Source: Planctomycetota bacterium
Lineage (GTDB): Bacteria > Planctomycetota > PLA2 > JAEUHO01
Assembly (NCBI GenBank): GCA_050248855.1
Contig: JBFWRP010000001.1
Span: forward strand, 1-64,000
Reading direction: 5' to 3'
Length of the DNA stretch: 64,000 nt
Shown: positions 52,179 to 61,954 of the stretch, one piece after another
Position numbering within the stretch: position 1 is the first letter of the stretch
Layout: every line of letters starts with the position of its first letter
Translations under genes and position numbers: made by a program
Notes under the pieces: generated by a model
Database searches by the model: none
What the model was told of the DNA's origin: nothing
Seen by the model: only the letters and a program-made list of their open reading frames with translations

Positions 52179-53795
52179 ATGACGTCGCTATCGCTCGGAC
52201 GCGCCCGGTGCTTGCGCACCGCTCTTTCTTTCCTCGGGCTCCTCGTCTTGGCCCTCCTCCTTGTCGGGCAGGTCGCCCCGGCGCGCGGCGACGAGGGGGC
52301 GGCGGGCGACGCTCCGACGTTGGCCTCGTTGACACCCTCCGTGCGGGCTGCGCTCAAGGACAAGGACCCGGGCCGGGCGCTGGACCTCCTGCGTCCGTGC
52401 GCCGACGTGAAGGCCCTGGACTTCGTGACCGAGGCCTTGGACCAGGCACGCAAGCAACGCATGGAGGTCGAGAAGAAGCAGGTCGGGCTGGAGGCCGAGT
52501 ACGAGAAGCTCATCGACGAAGGCCAACAGCTGCAGCGCGACCTGGAGATGAGCCAGCGCTCCGTGCGCGACATGGAGACCTTCAACAAGAAGGCGCGCAA
52601 GGTAGACTTCGCGCGCCAGCGGACGCTCGAGCAGCTGCGCTCCTTCGAGACCGAGTTCGCCCGCCTGCGCGGCATCGAGCAGCAGGCCGCCGGTGTGGCA
52701 GCCCAGATCCTCGCCCGACTTGACGAGGCCGGCATGGAGGCCGGCGTCCAGCGCTTGGCGAAGGAATGGCTGGGCTCCAAGGACGTGGACGAGCGCCTGC
52801 GCTACGTGCATGCGATCTGGGAGCTGCCGGCTCCGCTCGTGATGGGGCGTCTGCACGCGCTGCTCGACGACCCCGAGCAGCCCCACGCGCTGCGGGCCAC
52901 CGCCATGTCGGCGCTCGCCGCCCGCGGCGACGAGGCGCTCCTCGGCAAGGCCGTGACGTACTTGGCGCTTCCGCCCGAGAGCTTCGCCTTGACCACGGCG
53001 GCCCTGCGCGCGCTCCGGCGCATGCATCGCCGCGAGGCGATCGAGCCGCTCATGGACTTCCTGGCGCGCGACGACCTCGGTCGGCTGCGCGAAGACGCCC
53101 ACTTGTCGCTCCTGTCGCTGACGGGCCAGAAGCACGGCCCGTACGCCGAGCCGTGGAAGGCGTGGTGGCAGGACGCCAAGGCCACGTTCGAGATGCCGAA
53201 GGACCCGATCGAGCCCGGGCGCGTCGAAGGGCAGCAGAAGGGCGTCACGTTCTACGACATCCACACCTTCAGCGATCGCGTGCTGTTCATCGTCGACATC
53301 AGCGGCAGCATGGACAAGGTCGACGGCGACCCGAAGGGGCGCACCAAGTGGGAGGTCGCCCAGGAGCAGCTCGTCGGCGCCGTGCACGGCTTGGACAAGA
53401 GCGCCGTGTTCAACGTGGTGTTCTTCAACCATTCGATCGTGCGCTGGCAGCGCAAGGTCCAAGAGGCCACCGAGCCCACGAAGGACCAGCTCGAGAAGTG
53501 GGTCAAGGCCACGAGCGTGGTGGGGGGGACCAACATCCACGACGCGCTCGAAGCCGGGTTCGGCGTGGCCCAGCAGAGCACGGGCCGCCCCATCATCGAC
53601 ACCATCTTCTTCCTGACGGACGGCCGTCCGACGGCCGGCAAGATCCAGGATGGCGCCGCGATCCTCGCCCAGGTGCGCGAGTGGAACGCGGTGGCGCAGC
53701 TGCGCATCCACGCCATCGGCATCGGCGCCGAGCACGACGTCGACTTCATGAAGGAGCTCGCCCGGATCGGCGACGGCGAATACGTGGCGCGTTGA
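52179..53795 (+). CDS. Secreted coiled-coil + HEAT-repeat + von Willebrand factor A domain protein
   Basis: Signal peptide; coiled-coil-like segment; HEAT-like units ending L..LTG......W..WW; TFY.I, MIDAS DISGSM, GGTNI.DAL, FLTDG.P and IHAIGIG. Confidence 0.87.
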   Translation: MTSLSLGRARCLRTALSFLGLLVLALLLVGQVAPARGDEGAAGDAPTLASLTPSVRAALKDKDPGRALDLLRPCADVKALDFVTEALDQARKQRMEVEKKQVGLEAEYEKLIDEGQQLQRDLEMSQRSVRDMETFNKKARKVDFARQRTLEQLRSFETEFARLRGIEQQAAGVAAQILARLDEAGMEAGVQRLAKEWLGSKDVDERLRYVHAIWELPAPLVMGRLHALLDDPEQPHALRATAMSALAARGDEALLGKAVTYLALPPESFALTTAALRALRRMHRREAIEPLMDFLARDDLGRLREDAHLSLLSLTGQKHGPYAEPWKAWWQDAKATFEMPKDPIEPGRVEGQQKGVTFYDIHTFSDRVLFIVDISGSMDKVDGDPKGRTKWEVAQEQLVGAVHGLDKSAVFNVVFFNHSIVRWQRKVQEATEPTKDQLEKWVKATSVVGGTNIHDALEAGFGVAQQSTGRPIIDTIFFLTDGRPTAGKIQDGAAILAQVREWNAVAQLRIHAIGIGAEHDVDFMKELARIGDGEYVAR

Positions 53796-53820
53796 ACGCG
53801 GCCCGCCGCGCGGCCGACAA

Positions 53821-54140
53821 CGAGCCGGGTGAGATTCCTACTTCACGCTCGGGGGCGTGGCCGCGTCGTCGGCGGCACCCCAGCGTGAAGTTGGAATCTC
53901 ACCTGGCTCGGTACGCGAGCAACAGGGGTCTCGATCCACGTCCCGCCGCGCGCACCTCGTGGGCGGCACCCCAGCGTGAAGTTGGAATCTCACCTGGCTC
54001 GGTACGCGAGCAACAGGGACCTCGATCCACGTCCCGCCGCGCGCAGCTCATGGGCGGCACCCCAGCGTGAAGTTGGAATCTCACCTGGCTCGGTACGGGC
54101 TCGGTACGCGAGCAACAGGGGCCTCGATCCGCGCACCTCA
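53821..54140. repeat. One inverted core copy plus three tandem 91-bp units (BIME/REP-like mosaic)
   Basis: Units start at 53871, 53962 and 54053; the third has an 11-bp duplication (GGCTCGGTACG) and a deletion. An inverted core at 53821-53850 is 27/30 identical. The array lies between convergent genes. Confidence 0.95.
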
Positions 54141-54165
54141 CGGCCGGCTCCTGGGCCCCTTCGTA

Positions 54166-54193
54166 ACTTCTGATAATTCCTGTTATGTTGCGT
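54166..54193 (+). other. Putative dif-like XerC/XerD recombination site
   Basis: ACTTCTGATAA-TTCCTG-TTATGTTGCGT: 11-6-11 geometry with the inner ATAA-N6-TTAT(GT) core of dif sites; an isolated AT-rich patch in GC-rich DNA. Confidence 0.6.
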
Positions 54194-54260
54194 TGTCTTG
54201 GGGCGAGGGCCCGGAAGGACGGGATTCGGAGGAAAACGGCCGGCCTCCCTGCCTTGGGGG

Positions 54261-54959
54261 TCAGGACACGCGGCGGCGCGGCACGCGGGTCAGGACGAGG
54301 CAAAGGACGCCCAACGCGGCCAGCGCGACCAAGGCGTGGTTCCAGGCCCGGGTGCTGGCCTCTTGGCCTGCCTGGCGCGCTTCCTCGGATGCCGCATCGA
54401 GCTCGGCGTCGTAGGCCCAGTCGACCTTCTCCAGGCCCATCCGGAGGGCAGCCAGGGTCGTGCCATCGGCGTGGGCTGGCGGGTCGCGCAAGACCCGGTT
54501 CAGCTCGGGCGCCGCAAGCCGTTCGGGCGTCGCGATCGAGGCGTCGAGCCGGCGTTGGCGATCCAGGACGAGGGCCGCCAAGATCGGCCAGGGATCGTCC
54601 TCGCCGGCCGCCGGCAACGGATGGGGGTCCTCGCCCCCTGCCGCCAGCCAGGCCCAGCGGCGCGCCATGACGTCACCCGTGACGTCGCCCTTCGGCAGGA
54701 CGGGCCTGTCCGTCGCGTCCGTCGGCCGCCACCAGCGATCGCGCAGCTCGAGCGCCCACGCCTCGACAGCGCCGGGCCCGGTCGGGAGCACGGAGTCCAT
54801 CTCCTCCCAGCGCCCCTCGGCGGCCAGGCGTTCGATGGCCGCACGCTGTCCGGCGCGGGCGGCCACCAGTGCCGCGTCCTCGCCGTCGTCGGCCCGCGCG
54901 CCCGCTGCGCCGAGGGCCAGTGCGAGGGCCAGTGCGATGCCCGACGCCACGCGCCTCAT
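54261..54959 (-). CDS. Hypothetical exported protein with C-terminal TM anchor and Arg-rich tail
   Basis: Signal peptide MRRVASGIALALALALGAAGARA; ends ALVALAALGVLCLVLTRVPRRRVS; 4-nt overlap with the upstream gene. Confidence 0.68.
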   Translation of the reverse strand: MRRVASGIALALALALGAAGARADDGEDAALVAARAGQRAAIERLAAEGRWEEMDSVLPTGPGAVEAWALELRDRWWRPTDATDRPVLPKGDVTGDVMARRWAWLAAGGEDPHPLPAAGEDDPWPILAALVLDRQRRLDASIATPERLAAPELNRVLRDPPAHADGTTLAALRMGLEKVDWAYDAELDAASEEARQAGQEASTRAWNHALVALAALGVLCLVLTRVPRRRVS

Positions 54960-57211
54960 AGCCCGAACTCCTCGTCGGCGAGCTTGTCGGTCGGGCTCAG
55001 GTCGTCCGTCAGAACGGGGTCGCGGGGCGAGGGAACGAAGCGGGTCGCGAGCCGCTCCACGGCGAACACGGCCTCCCCGAGCGCCGGAGGCGGGGGGGCG
55101 TGGGCCCCCACCCGCGGCCCCCCCACCGCGCCGGGCGAGCTCCAGAGGATCACGTTGCCCGCGAAGTACGGGTTGGGCACGAGCCACGTGGCACCGAACA
55201 CCGACCCCAAGGTGGTGGCGATCGCGGCCGCCACGCGGCTCTCGGCGCCTTGGCCGAGCACGTTGACGCCGACCCACCCACCCGGCTCCAGGTGGTCGCG
55301 GACGCGCTCGAAGAACTCGCGTGTCGCCACCTGGAACGGCACGTAGTTGGTGCGCGCATAGGCGTCGACCAGCACGAGGTCGAAGCGTCGCTCGGCGGGC
55401 AGCGCGTTGACGATCGTGCGACCGTCCTCGTTCGTCACCAGCTCGAGACGCTCGTCCTCCAGCTCGTCGTGCGCGAGGTAGCCGCGCGCCACGTCGACCA
55501 CGCCCGGGTCGATCTCCACGGCCAGGCAGCGCACGGGAACGCCCGCAGGCGCCGTCGCGCGCAGCGTGCGCCACACGGTGCCCCCGGCATGGCCGATCAG
55601 GAGCACGTCGATCACGCCGTCTGCCGGCTTGGGCACGAAGTGCGCGCCGACCGCCATGGACTCGAAGTAGCGCCCGCCGGTGAGCACCGTGTCGCCGCGC
55701 GCCTCGAGCAGCGCACTCTGGTAGGTCTCGGCGTCCTCGTCATGACGCAGGAAGCGCGTGGGCACGGTCAACCGCGACTTCCAGCTGGCCGGCGAGCCGG
55801 ACGCGGGGTCGATCGCATCCATCGGGGCCTCGACGACGCGCACGGTCTGGTAGGGCGTCTCGACCTCCACGAGCTGCCCCGGCTGCAGCCGCAGTGGACC
55901 CCCGCGCACGACGACGTAGGCGCCGGGCACCACGAGCCCGACGACCGCCACGACCAGCCGCGCCCACGGCCAGGGCCGCGTCGCGAGCAGGACCGCGGCG
56001 AGCAGCAGCAGCCCGGCCATGAGCAGGAACGTCTCCCGCGAGCCCAGCGTCGGCACGAGCAGGGGGGCCGTCAGCACGCAGCCCAGCAGCCCCCCCACCG
56101 TGTTGGCGGCCAGGAGACGGCCGACGTCGCGCTGGCCCCGGGCCGCGGCCAGCAGCGGCAGCGCAGCCCCCAGCGCCACGAGGCCCGGCGCCAGCAACAG
56201 CAGGGCGCCGCCGATGCTCCCGGCGAACGCCACGGGCAACACGACCAGGCTCTGCAGCCCGTCGGGCACCAGGTGGCTCATCCAGGGCGTGGCCAGCGCC
56301 GCGGGCAGGGCCGCTGCGGGTACGCCCAACGCCAGCAGCGTCACCAGGGCGCCCCGCGGGTCCGCGCGCGACGACCACCGCCCGCCAAGCGCGCTGCCCA
56401 GCGCCAGCGCGAGCAGGCAGGTCGCGATGACCGCAGCCCACACGTGGTTGCTCTGGCCGACCCAGGGGCTCATCAAGCGCACGCCGCCGACCTCGAGCAC
56501 CGTGATGGCCAAGCCGGTGACCAGCGCCGTGCCGAGTGCCGGTCCTCGCCGGAGCTGCCCCGACGCGGGTGCCGCAGCCGGCGCCGCCTCGTGGCCCGTC
56601 GGCGTGCCCCGCGCGCGTGCCGCAGCAGCGAGCGCGGCGTCAAGGCCGACAAGCCCGATCACGACCCACCAGCTGCCGCGCGTGCCGAAGGTGGGGATCC
56701 ACTCGAGCGGCACGACCCAGCACGCCAGCAGGCTGCCCAGCGTGCCGAGCGCGACGAACCGTCCGGTGGCGCCCCCCGCGCGCCCGCTCGAAGCGGCGCG
56801 CGCCACGACGAACGGTGTCGTCATCGCCAAGAGGGCGCACGGAAGCGCATGGAGGACGAGACAAGCGCCGACGACGCCGAAGCGCCCCAAGGGCCACGCG
56901 CTTGGATCGAGGCCCCCCCGGGGGCCCAGCGCGGCCGCGATGTCCGGCCCGAACAGGGCGACGCCCACGAGCCACAGCGCGGCCGCGGCATGGGCGCCGG
57001 CGAGCGCGCGCTCGCTCCGCGCGCGGCTCCCCCACCGTCCCCCGAGCGCGTACCCCACCGCGAGCGCGAGCAGCAGCACGCCGATGACGGCGCTCCACAC
57101 GTGGACGGACTGCCCGAACACCGGCGCCAGCTGGCGCTGGGCGACGAACTCGACGCCCAGGATCGCGAAGCCGTTGAGGAACACCAACAGGGCGCGACGG
57201 AGGGTCGTCAA
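54956..57211 (-). CDS. Fused MFS-like membrane domain / spermidine-synthase-like SAM-binding protein
   Basis: Two repeats of E....R...P..G.S..VW..VI...L..LA.G...GG; ET.YQ...V, LLIG.AGG, VEIDP.VV, DGR, FDLVLVDAY and T.EFF. Confidence 0.87.
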   Translation of the reverse strand: MTTLRRALLVFLNGFAILGVEFVAQRQLAPVFGQSVHVWSAVIGVLLLALAVGYALGGRWGSRARSERALAGAHAAAALWLVGVALFGPDIAAALGPRGGLDPSAWPLGRFGVVGACLVLHALPCALLAMTTPFVVARAASSGRAGGATGRFVALGTLGSLLACWVVPLEWIPTFGTRGSWWVVIGLVGLDAALAAAARARGTPTGHEAAPAAAPASGQLRRGPALGTALVTGLAITVLEVGGVRLMSPWVGQSNHVWAAVIATCLLALALGSALGGRWSSRADPRGALVTLLALGVPAAALPAALATPWMSHLVPDGLQSLVVLPVAFAGSIGGALLLLAPGLVALGAALPLLAAARGQRDVGRLLAANTVGGLLGCVLTAPLLVPTLGSRETFLLMAGLLLLAAVLLATRPWPWARLVVAVVGLVVPGAYVVVRGGPLRLQPGQLVEVETPYQTVRVVEAPMDAIDPASGSPASWKSRLTVPTRFLRHDEDAETYQSALLEARGDTVLTGGRYFESMAVGAHFVPKPADGVIDVLLIGHAGGTVWRTLRATAPAGVPVRCLAVEIDPGVVDVARGYLAHDELEDERLELVTNEDGRTIVNALPAERRFDLVLVDAYARTNYVPFQVATREFFERVRDHLEPGGWVGVNVLGQGAESRVAAAIATTLGSVFGATWLVPNPYFAGNVILWSSPGAVGGPRVGAHAPPPPALGEAVFAVERLATRFVPSPRDPVLTDDLSPTDKLADEEFGL

Positions 57212-57329
57212 GTCGCTCCTCCGCCCTCGCTACCTGCCAAGGGCCCGGGAGGACTCCCCGGGCCAAGACGTCGGCCTGCGTGGCCAGGCCGCTCCGAAGG
57301 ACATCTCGGAAGCCCTGCCAGACGTCCGC

Positions 57330-58955
57330 CTACTTGCCGTCGAGCTGTTCCAGCAGCTTGCGCGCTTCCTCGTGGCTGGGCGTTTCCGGCATCTCCAGGA
57401 TCTTCTGCAGCAGGTCCTTGGCGCGGTCGGGGTTGGCGTCCTTCATGTCCTTCGCCTTGCCCAGCAGGCGGGCGCAGTCGGCGACCTGCTTCTCGGTGGC
57501 GGTCGGGCCGGCGCTGGCCTCGGCGCCGCCCGCGGAGCCCTCGGTCGTGGCCTCGGCGGGAGCCGGCACGGGGATGCGCACGAAGTACGCGCTGCGCAGC
57601 CAGCCGTAGTACCGGTCCTTGCGTACGTCCATCGGGTTCTGCCCGCCGCGACGCTGGAACATGGCGTCGAAGTCGCGCTTGACGACCGCCATGCGCTCGT
57701 CCAGCTGCAGGGCCTCGTCCTTCACGAGGACGCCGTTGATGACGATGCGCACCGGGCGATCCAGGTCGACCAGGTTGTCGCCGAGGAAGATCGACAGCTC
57801 CGACATCCCCTTGGCGGTGATCTTCACCGTGTTCGGGTGGTCCGCGGTATCCACGATCTCGACGTGCATCGACCGCTCGTCTTCGTCCCAGAGCGCCTGA
57901 TCCACGTTGACGAACCAAGCCAGCTGCTGGTCGTTCTCGCGCAGCACCCAGTCGAACGACTTGGGCTCCTGGCGGCGTTGCTGCGCCATCCACGCCGGGG
58001 CGTCGGCGGCCTTGCCCTCGGTGACGTTCGGGTGCCCGGCGTCGCGCAGCGCCTTGGCCAGCGCCGGCTGGTCGACCACGTACAGCGGGACCGCATGGAA
58101 GTTGGTCACGCACGCCTGCAGCTTGGGCGTGTCCAGGGCCCCCTCACGCAGGACGGCGCCCGCAAACAACCACGGCGAGCCCGTCAGCCAGAGCAGCGCA
58201 TCCTGCCCACCGTCGAGGATGATGCGATCGAAGTCGACGTGGTAGCTCTGGTACACGCGCACGAGCGGCAGCAGCACGCGCTCCGCGCGGATCTTGCCGT
58301 TCTCGCTGTAGGCCGCCGCGGCCGCGATGGGCACGGCGATGAGCCAGTCCTTCTGGATGTCGGGCGCAAGGTCCTTCGACCAGCGCGCCGCCACGAGCTC
58401 CCTGCCGGCGCCGTCCCCCGCGCGGTCCTTGCCGTGCATCGAGTACACGAGCGGCCACGGACCGGGGCGCTCGTAGCTCTCGAAGTCCTTGTTGCGCTTG
58501 GGGTAGGAGTCCGGCGGCCGGACGTGCACCCAGAGTTCGCGGCTCTTCAGCTCGAAGCCGTGGAACTTGTTGTGGTCCGTGTAGGCCAGCTCGTTGGCCT
58601 TGTACCACTTGCTGTCGTCCATCTGCGGCTCGAACGAGCGGCTCTGGTCGACGAGCCAGCGGAGGAACGGCGGGTCGGCCAGCGGATACTGCTTCTTCTT
58701 GGCGAGTGCTTCGAGCTCGGCCAGGAACGGCTTGCGCCCCACCCAGGCATCCTCGAGCAGGTCGAAGTACGTGCGCGCGGCGGAGACCAGGTCCTTCAGG
58801 GACTTGCGGTCCTTGGGATCCGTCGGCAGCGCGGTGCCACCGGGATCCTCGGCCACCGCCGGTCGAGCGGCAGGCGCCCACAGACCCGCCGCCGCCACGA
58901 GGGCGAGCAGGCAGGTGCGAAGGCGGTTGGACCAGCGGAGAGGGGCTTGCGTCAT
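57330..58955 (-). CDS. Secreted hypothetical protein with a degenerate alpha/beta-hydrolase-like core
   Basis: Signal peptide; P..Y......WPLV.SMHG, Y.VD.DRI.L.G, P..FAG, L.D.LVDLDRPV.I..NG; no GxSxG motif. Confidence 0.72.
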   Translation of the reverse strand: MTQAPLRWSNRLRTCLLALVAAAGLWAPAARPAVAEDPGGTALPTDPKDRKSLKDLVSAARTYFDLLEDAWVGRKPFLAELEALAKKKQYPLADPPFLRWLVDQSRSFEPQMDDSKWYKANELAYTDHNKFHGFELKSRELWVHVRPPDSYPKRNKDFESYERPGPWPLVYSMHGKDRAGDGAGRELVAARWSKDLAPDIQKDWLIAVPIAAAAAYSENGKIRAERVLLPLVRVYQSYHVDFDRIILDGGQDALLWLTGSPWLFAGAVLREGALDTPKLQACVTNFHAVPLYVVDQPALAKALRDAGHPNVTEGKAADAPAWMAQQRRQEPKSFDWVLRENDQQLAWFVNVDQALWDEDERSMHVEIVDTADHPNTVKITAKGMSELSIFLGDNLVDLDRPVRIVINGVLVKDEALQLDERMAVVKRDFDAMFQRRGGQNPMDVRKDRYYGWLRSAYFVRIPVPAPAEATTEGSAGGAEASAGPTATEKQVADCARLLGKAKDMKDANPDRAKDLLQKILEMPETPSHEEARKLLEQLDGK

Positions 58956-59172
58956 GTGAGCTCCGGGGCGAGGCGATCGGGAATCGGCAGGCCGGGCCGC
59001 ACGACCCGCTTGGGCGAGCCGCAAGGTCTTGAGCCGCAGGCGCGCACGCCCGAGGCCGTGCCGCCGGCGCGAGGTCTGCCGGTGAGCGCCAACCTTACCG
59101 AAGAGGGGCGCCCAAGGGAGGCCTCCATCGGAACGCTCGTCCGGCCCCGATGCATCCGGGCCGCCCGGCGGG

Positions 59173-60783
59173 TCACCGGGGCGTCGCGTCCCGCAGCGCC
59201 CGCCAGGCCCGCCCCATGAGGAGGCGGTAGGGGCTGGTGCGCTCGCCCCTGGCACGCGCCGAGGCCAGGGCGGCCTCCAGATGGCCCAGGGCCTCCCGCG
59301 GCCGACCGGCCTCGAGGTGGCGCCGCGCGGCGTTCTGGTGCGCGGAGAGGTGCCCGGCGTCCAGCTCCAGCGCCTCCTGGAAGGCCGCAAGCGCACCGAC
59401 CTCGTCACCCGCGGCCGAGCGGGCCAGGCCGCGGTCCGAGCGGATGTCCGGGTCGTAGGGGTCCAGCTCGACCGCCCGGTCGTAGGCCGCCACGGCCTCG
59501 CTGGCCTGGCCGCCGACCCGGAGCGTGTTGCCCAGGTTGGCCCATGCCGTCGGGTCGTCCTCGCGCGCCGCGACGAGGGCCTCCTGGGCGCGCAGGCAGC
59601 GCGCGAGCAGGCGCCCGTCCGGGGCGTCCCGGTGCAGGTTCTCGTAGTCGGCGCCGGCGATGGCCCAGAGCAGGTCGCCCGCTGCCGTGGACTCCGGATC
59701 GCGCCCGAGCTCGGCGACGGCCAGCTCGACGGCTTCGTCGAGATCACCGGGCTTGCCCCGGGCCGCCAAGCGCGTGGCCAGCGCGGCGTCCGCACCTGCA
59801 ACCTGGGCATCGCGCCTCTTGAGCGCCCGCCAGGCCTCGATGGCCTCTTCGTTGCGCCCGGCCATCCCCAGCGCCTCGGCCCGGGTCGCTTCCAGGCTCG
59901 CCGGGGCGGTCCCCGCGTGCACCAGCGGCGCCAGCGCATCGGCCAAGGGGGCAGCGGCCTCGGCAAAGCGTGCGGCGCGCAGCGCCTCGGCCTGCAGCGC
60001 CGCATCGTCCGGGGAGGCCGCCAACAGCTGTCCGTACAGGCGCGCCGTCTGCATGGCATCGCGTGCCGCCGCGTACGAAGCCGCCGCCCCATGCACGTTG
60101 CCGGCCTCGAGGAACGCCTCGGCCGCGCCGCGGGCGTCCCCGGCCGCGTGCCGGGCGCGGGCCAAGGCGTCGGCAACCGGCTGGCGCCAACGCTCCGGCA
60201 GGCTGCCGCGATCCACGCGACCCAGTCGTTGCGCGGCGCCTTCGGCGTCGCCCCGCAAGGTCCGCGCCCAGCCCTCGGTGAAGAGGGCGCGCGCCCGCAG
60301 CTCGCCATCCAGGCCCTCTCCGTCCACGTGCTGCGCCCAGAGAGGTGCCAAGGCGTCGAGGGCGTCGGCCAGGAGCGTCGTCACGCCAAGGCCCCGCGTC
60401 ACGCCCGCGCTGATGCGACGCTGCGCTTGGCGCAGCAGGTTCTCCGCCAGCGCGATGCGGTCCGCCGGGTCGCCACGCTCGCGGACGAGCCAGCCGCGCG
60501 CGTCCAGCGCGGCGGCGTCCTCGCCGCGCGCTTCGAGTCGAGCTGCCCAGGCCGCCTCGACACGTGCAGCGTCCTCGCCGCCGATCGCGCCGCTCGCCAC
60601 CTCGTCGACGAGCGCGCGCAGCGGGGCATCCTCGTTCGCCGCGACGGCCGCGTCGAAGCGCGCCGGGAAGTCGGCCGCCTCCTCGCCGGCGTGGACACGA
60701 GCCGAGGCGTGGAGCATCGCACCCAAGGCCAGAGCGGCAGCCCACAGGGGGTGGCAGCGCATCAGCGGAGTCCTCCTACTCAC
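59173..60783 (-). CDS. Exported tetratricopeptide-repeat protein
   Basis: Signal peptide; AWANLGNTL...G...EAVAAYDRAVELDP and AFQEALELD.....AHQN; alternative start ATG at 60762. Confidence 0.82.
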   Translation of the reverse strand: MSRRTPLMRCHPLWAAALALGAMLHASARVHAGEEAADFPARFDAAVAANEDAPLRALVDEVASGAIGGEDAARVEAAWAARLEARGEDAAALDARGWLVRERGDPADRIALAENLLRQAQRRISAGVTRGLGVTTLLADALDALAPLWAQHVDGEGLDGELRARALFTEGWARTLRGDAEGAAQRLGRVDRGSLPERWRQPVADALARARHAAGDARGAAEAFLEAGNVHGAAASYAAARDAMQTARLYGQLLAASPDDAALQAEALRAARFAEAAAPLADALAPLVHAGTAPASLEATRAEALGMAGRNEEAIEAWRALKRRDAQVAGADAALATRLAARGKPGDLDEAVELAVAELGRDPESTAAGDLLWAIAGADYENLHRDAPDGRLLARCLRAQEALVAAREDDPTAWANLGNTLRVGGQASEAVAAYDRAVELDPYDPDIRSDRGLARSAAGDEVGALAAFQEALELDAGHLSAHQNAARRHLEAGRPREALGHLEAALASARARGERTSPYRLLMGRAWRALRDATPR

Positions 60784-61954
60784 CGAACGTGAACGTCACG
60801 CGATGCACGACGCGGGCGACGGTCGTGTCCTCCACGTCGTCGGGTCCTTCGCCAGCCTTCAGGCTGTCCTCGACGAGCGCGTCGCGCGGCGTGAGCCGGT
60901 ACACGAGCCAGGCCTCGCCCCGTCCCTTCGGAAGGTCCGTCACGAAGCGCCCCGGGCCCTCGCCAAGCGTCGACACACGCGCCAACGGCGGGATCTGCGT
61001 GTCGTTCTTGCCCGAGCCCCGATAGAACTTGCGGAACTTGGCGAGGAACGACCGTTCCTGGTCGGCACGCTTGAGCGGGTCCAGCACGACGCGCCCGTCG
61101 GCGTCCCACAGCTTGATGTACGTGTCGAACGAGCGGTGGCGTGCATCGGTCGGGATGGCGTGCCCGGCCCCGCGGTTGGTGACGAAGACCTCGATCTCGA
61201 ACCCCCCGCCGTCGGCAGGTCGGACGTCGACGTCCAGCGCCGAGGCGCGCTGCAGCATCGCGAAGCTGTGCCCGCCGCGCCACGTGTGGCTCCGCCCCTT
61301 GCGTACCACGCCACCGGGAACCAGCGGACGCTCGACCTCCGGCATGTGGCACGTGATGCAGGTCTCGGCGGGCCGCTGGCGTGGGAGGGGCGCCTCGGGG
61401 GCATAGGGTCCGGCCAGCCACTCGTTGCCCGTGTCGTGCTGGTTGTGGCACGGGAAGCAGATCTTCACGACGTCCCGCTGGCGCGGGTCGCCCACCGGAC
61501 GACACGCCCCCTCGAGGCCGCCGAACGGGCCGGCTACGTTCGCACCATCCTGATGGCACGAGAGGCACGAGATGGCATCCTCGCGCCGCGACGCGCGAGC
61601 GACCGGGGTCTCGAACTGCGCTTCACGCAGCGACACGGGCGCGTGGCAGCGGATGCACTCCTCCTTGTTGACGACGTCCTCGGAGAGCTCGAGGAAGAGC
61701 GGGTCGGACATGGCCTGGCCGTGGAAGGACTGCTTCCACTCCTCGTAGATCGCGCCGTGGCAACGACCGCAGGCCTCGGCCGAGAGGAACGCGGGCTCCG
61801 CGGGCGCGGGGAGTCCATCGACGGGGCCCGCCGACGGGTCGGACGGTGCGCTCTCGGGGGGTGCCTTCGGCGTGGGCTCGCCGCACGCGATGGGCAACGC
61901 GGCGAGGAGGATCACCAACGGCAGCAGATGGCGCGCGGCCCGACGGGGGGTCAT
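60776..61954 (-). CDS. Pentaheme c-type cytochrome lipoprotein (c554-like)
   Basis: Lipobox LPIAC; five CxxCH (CGRCH, CIRCH, CLSCH, CFPCH, CITCH); IYEEW..S.H..A..DP.F, SH.W.GGH and VTNRGAGH.IPT. Confidence 0.9.
   Translation of the reverse strand: MTPRRAARHLLPLVILLAALPIACGEPTPKAPPESAPSDPSAGPVDGLPAPAEPAFLSAEACGRCHGAIYEEWKQSFHGQAMSDPLFLELSEDVVNKEECIRCHAPVSLREAQFETPVARASRREDAISCLSCHQDGANVAGPFGGLEGACRPVGDPRQRDVVKICFPCHNQHDTGNEWLAGPYAPEAPLPRQRPAETCITCHMPEVERPLVPGGVVRKGRSHTWRGGHSFAMLQRASALDVDVRPADGGGFEIEVFVTNRGAGHAIPTDARHRSFDTYIKLWDADGRVVLDPLKRADQERSFLAKFRKFYRGSGKNDTQIPPLARVSTLGEGPGRFVTDLPKGRGEAWLVYRLTPRDALVEDSLKAGEGPDDVEDTTVARVVHRVTFTFGE

Noticed and set aside
53871..54140. CRISPR or integron attC interpretation; short ORFs starting MKLESHLARY
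   Set aside because: Units are near-identical, with no unique spacers, cassette ORFs or integrase. The ORFs change frame with each 91-bp unit.
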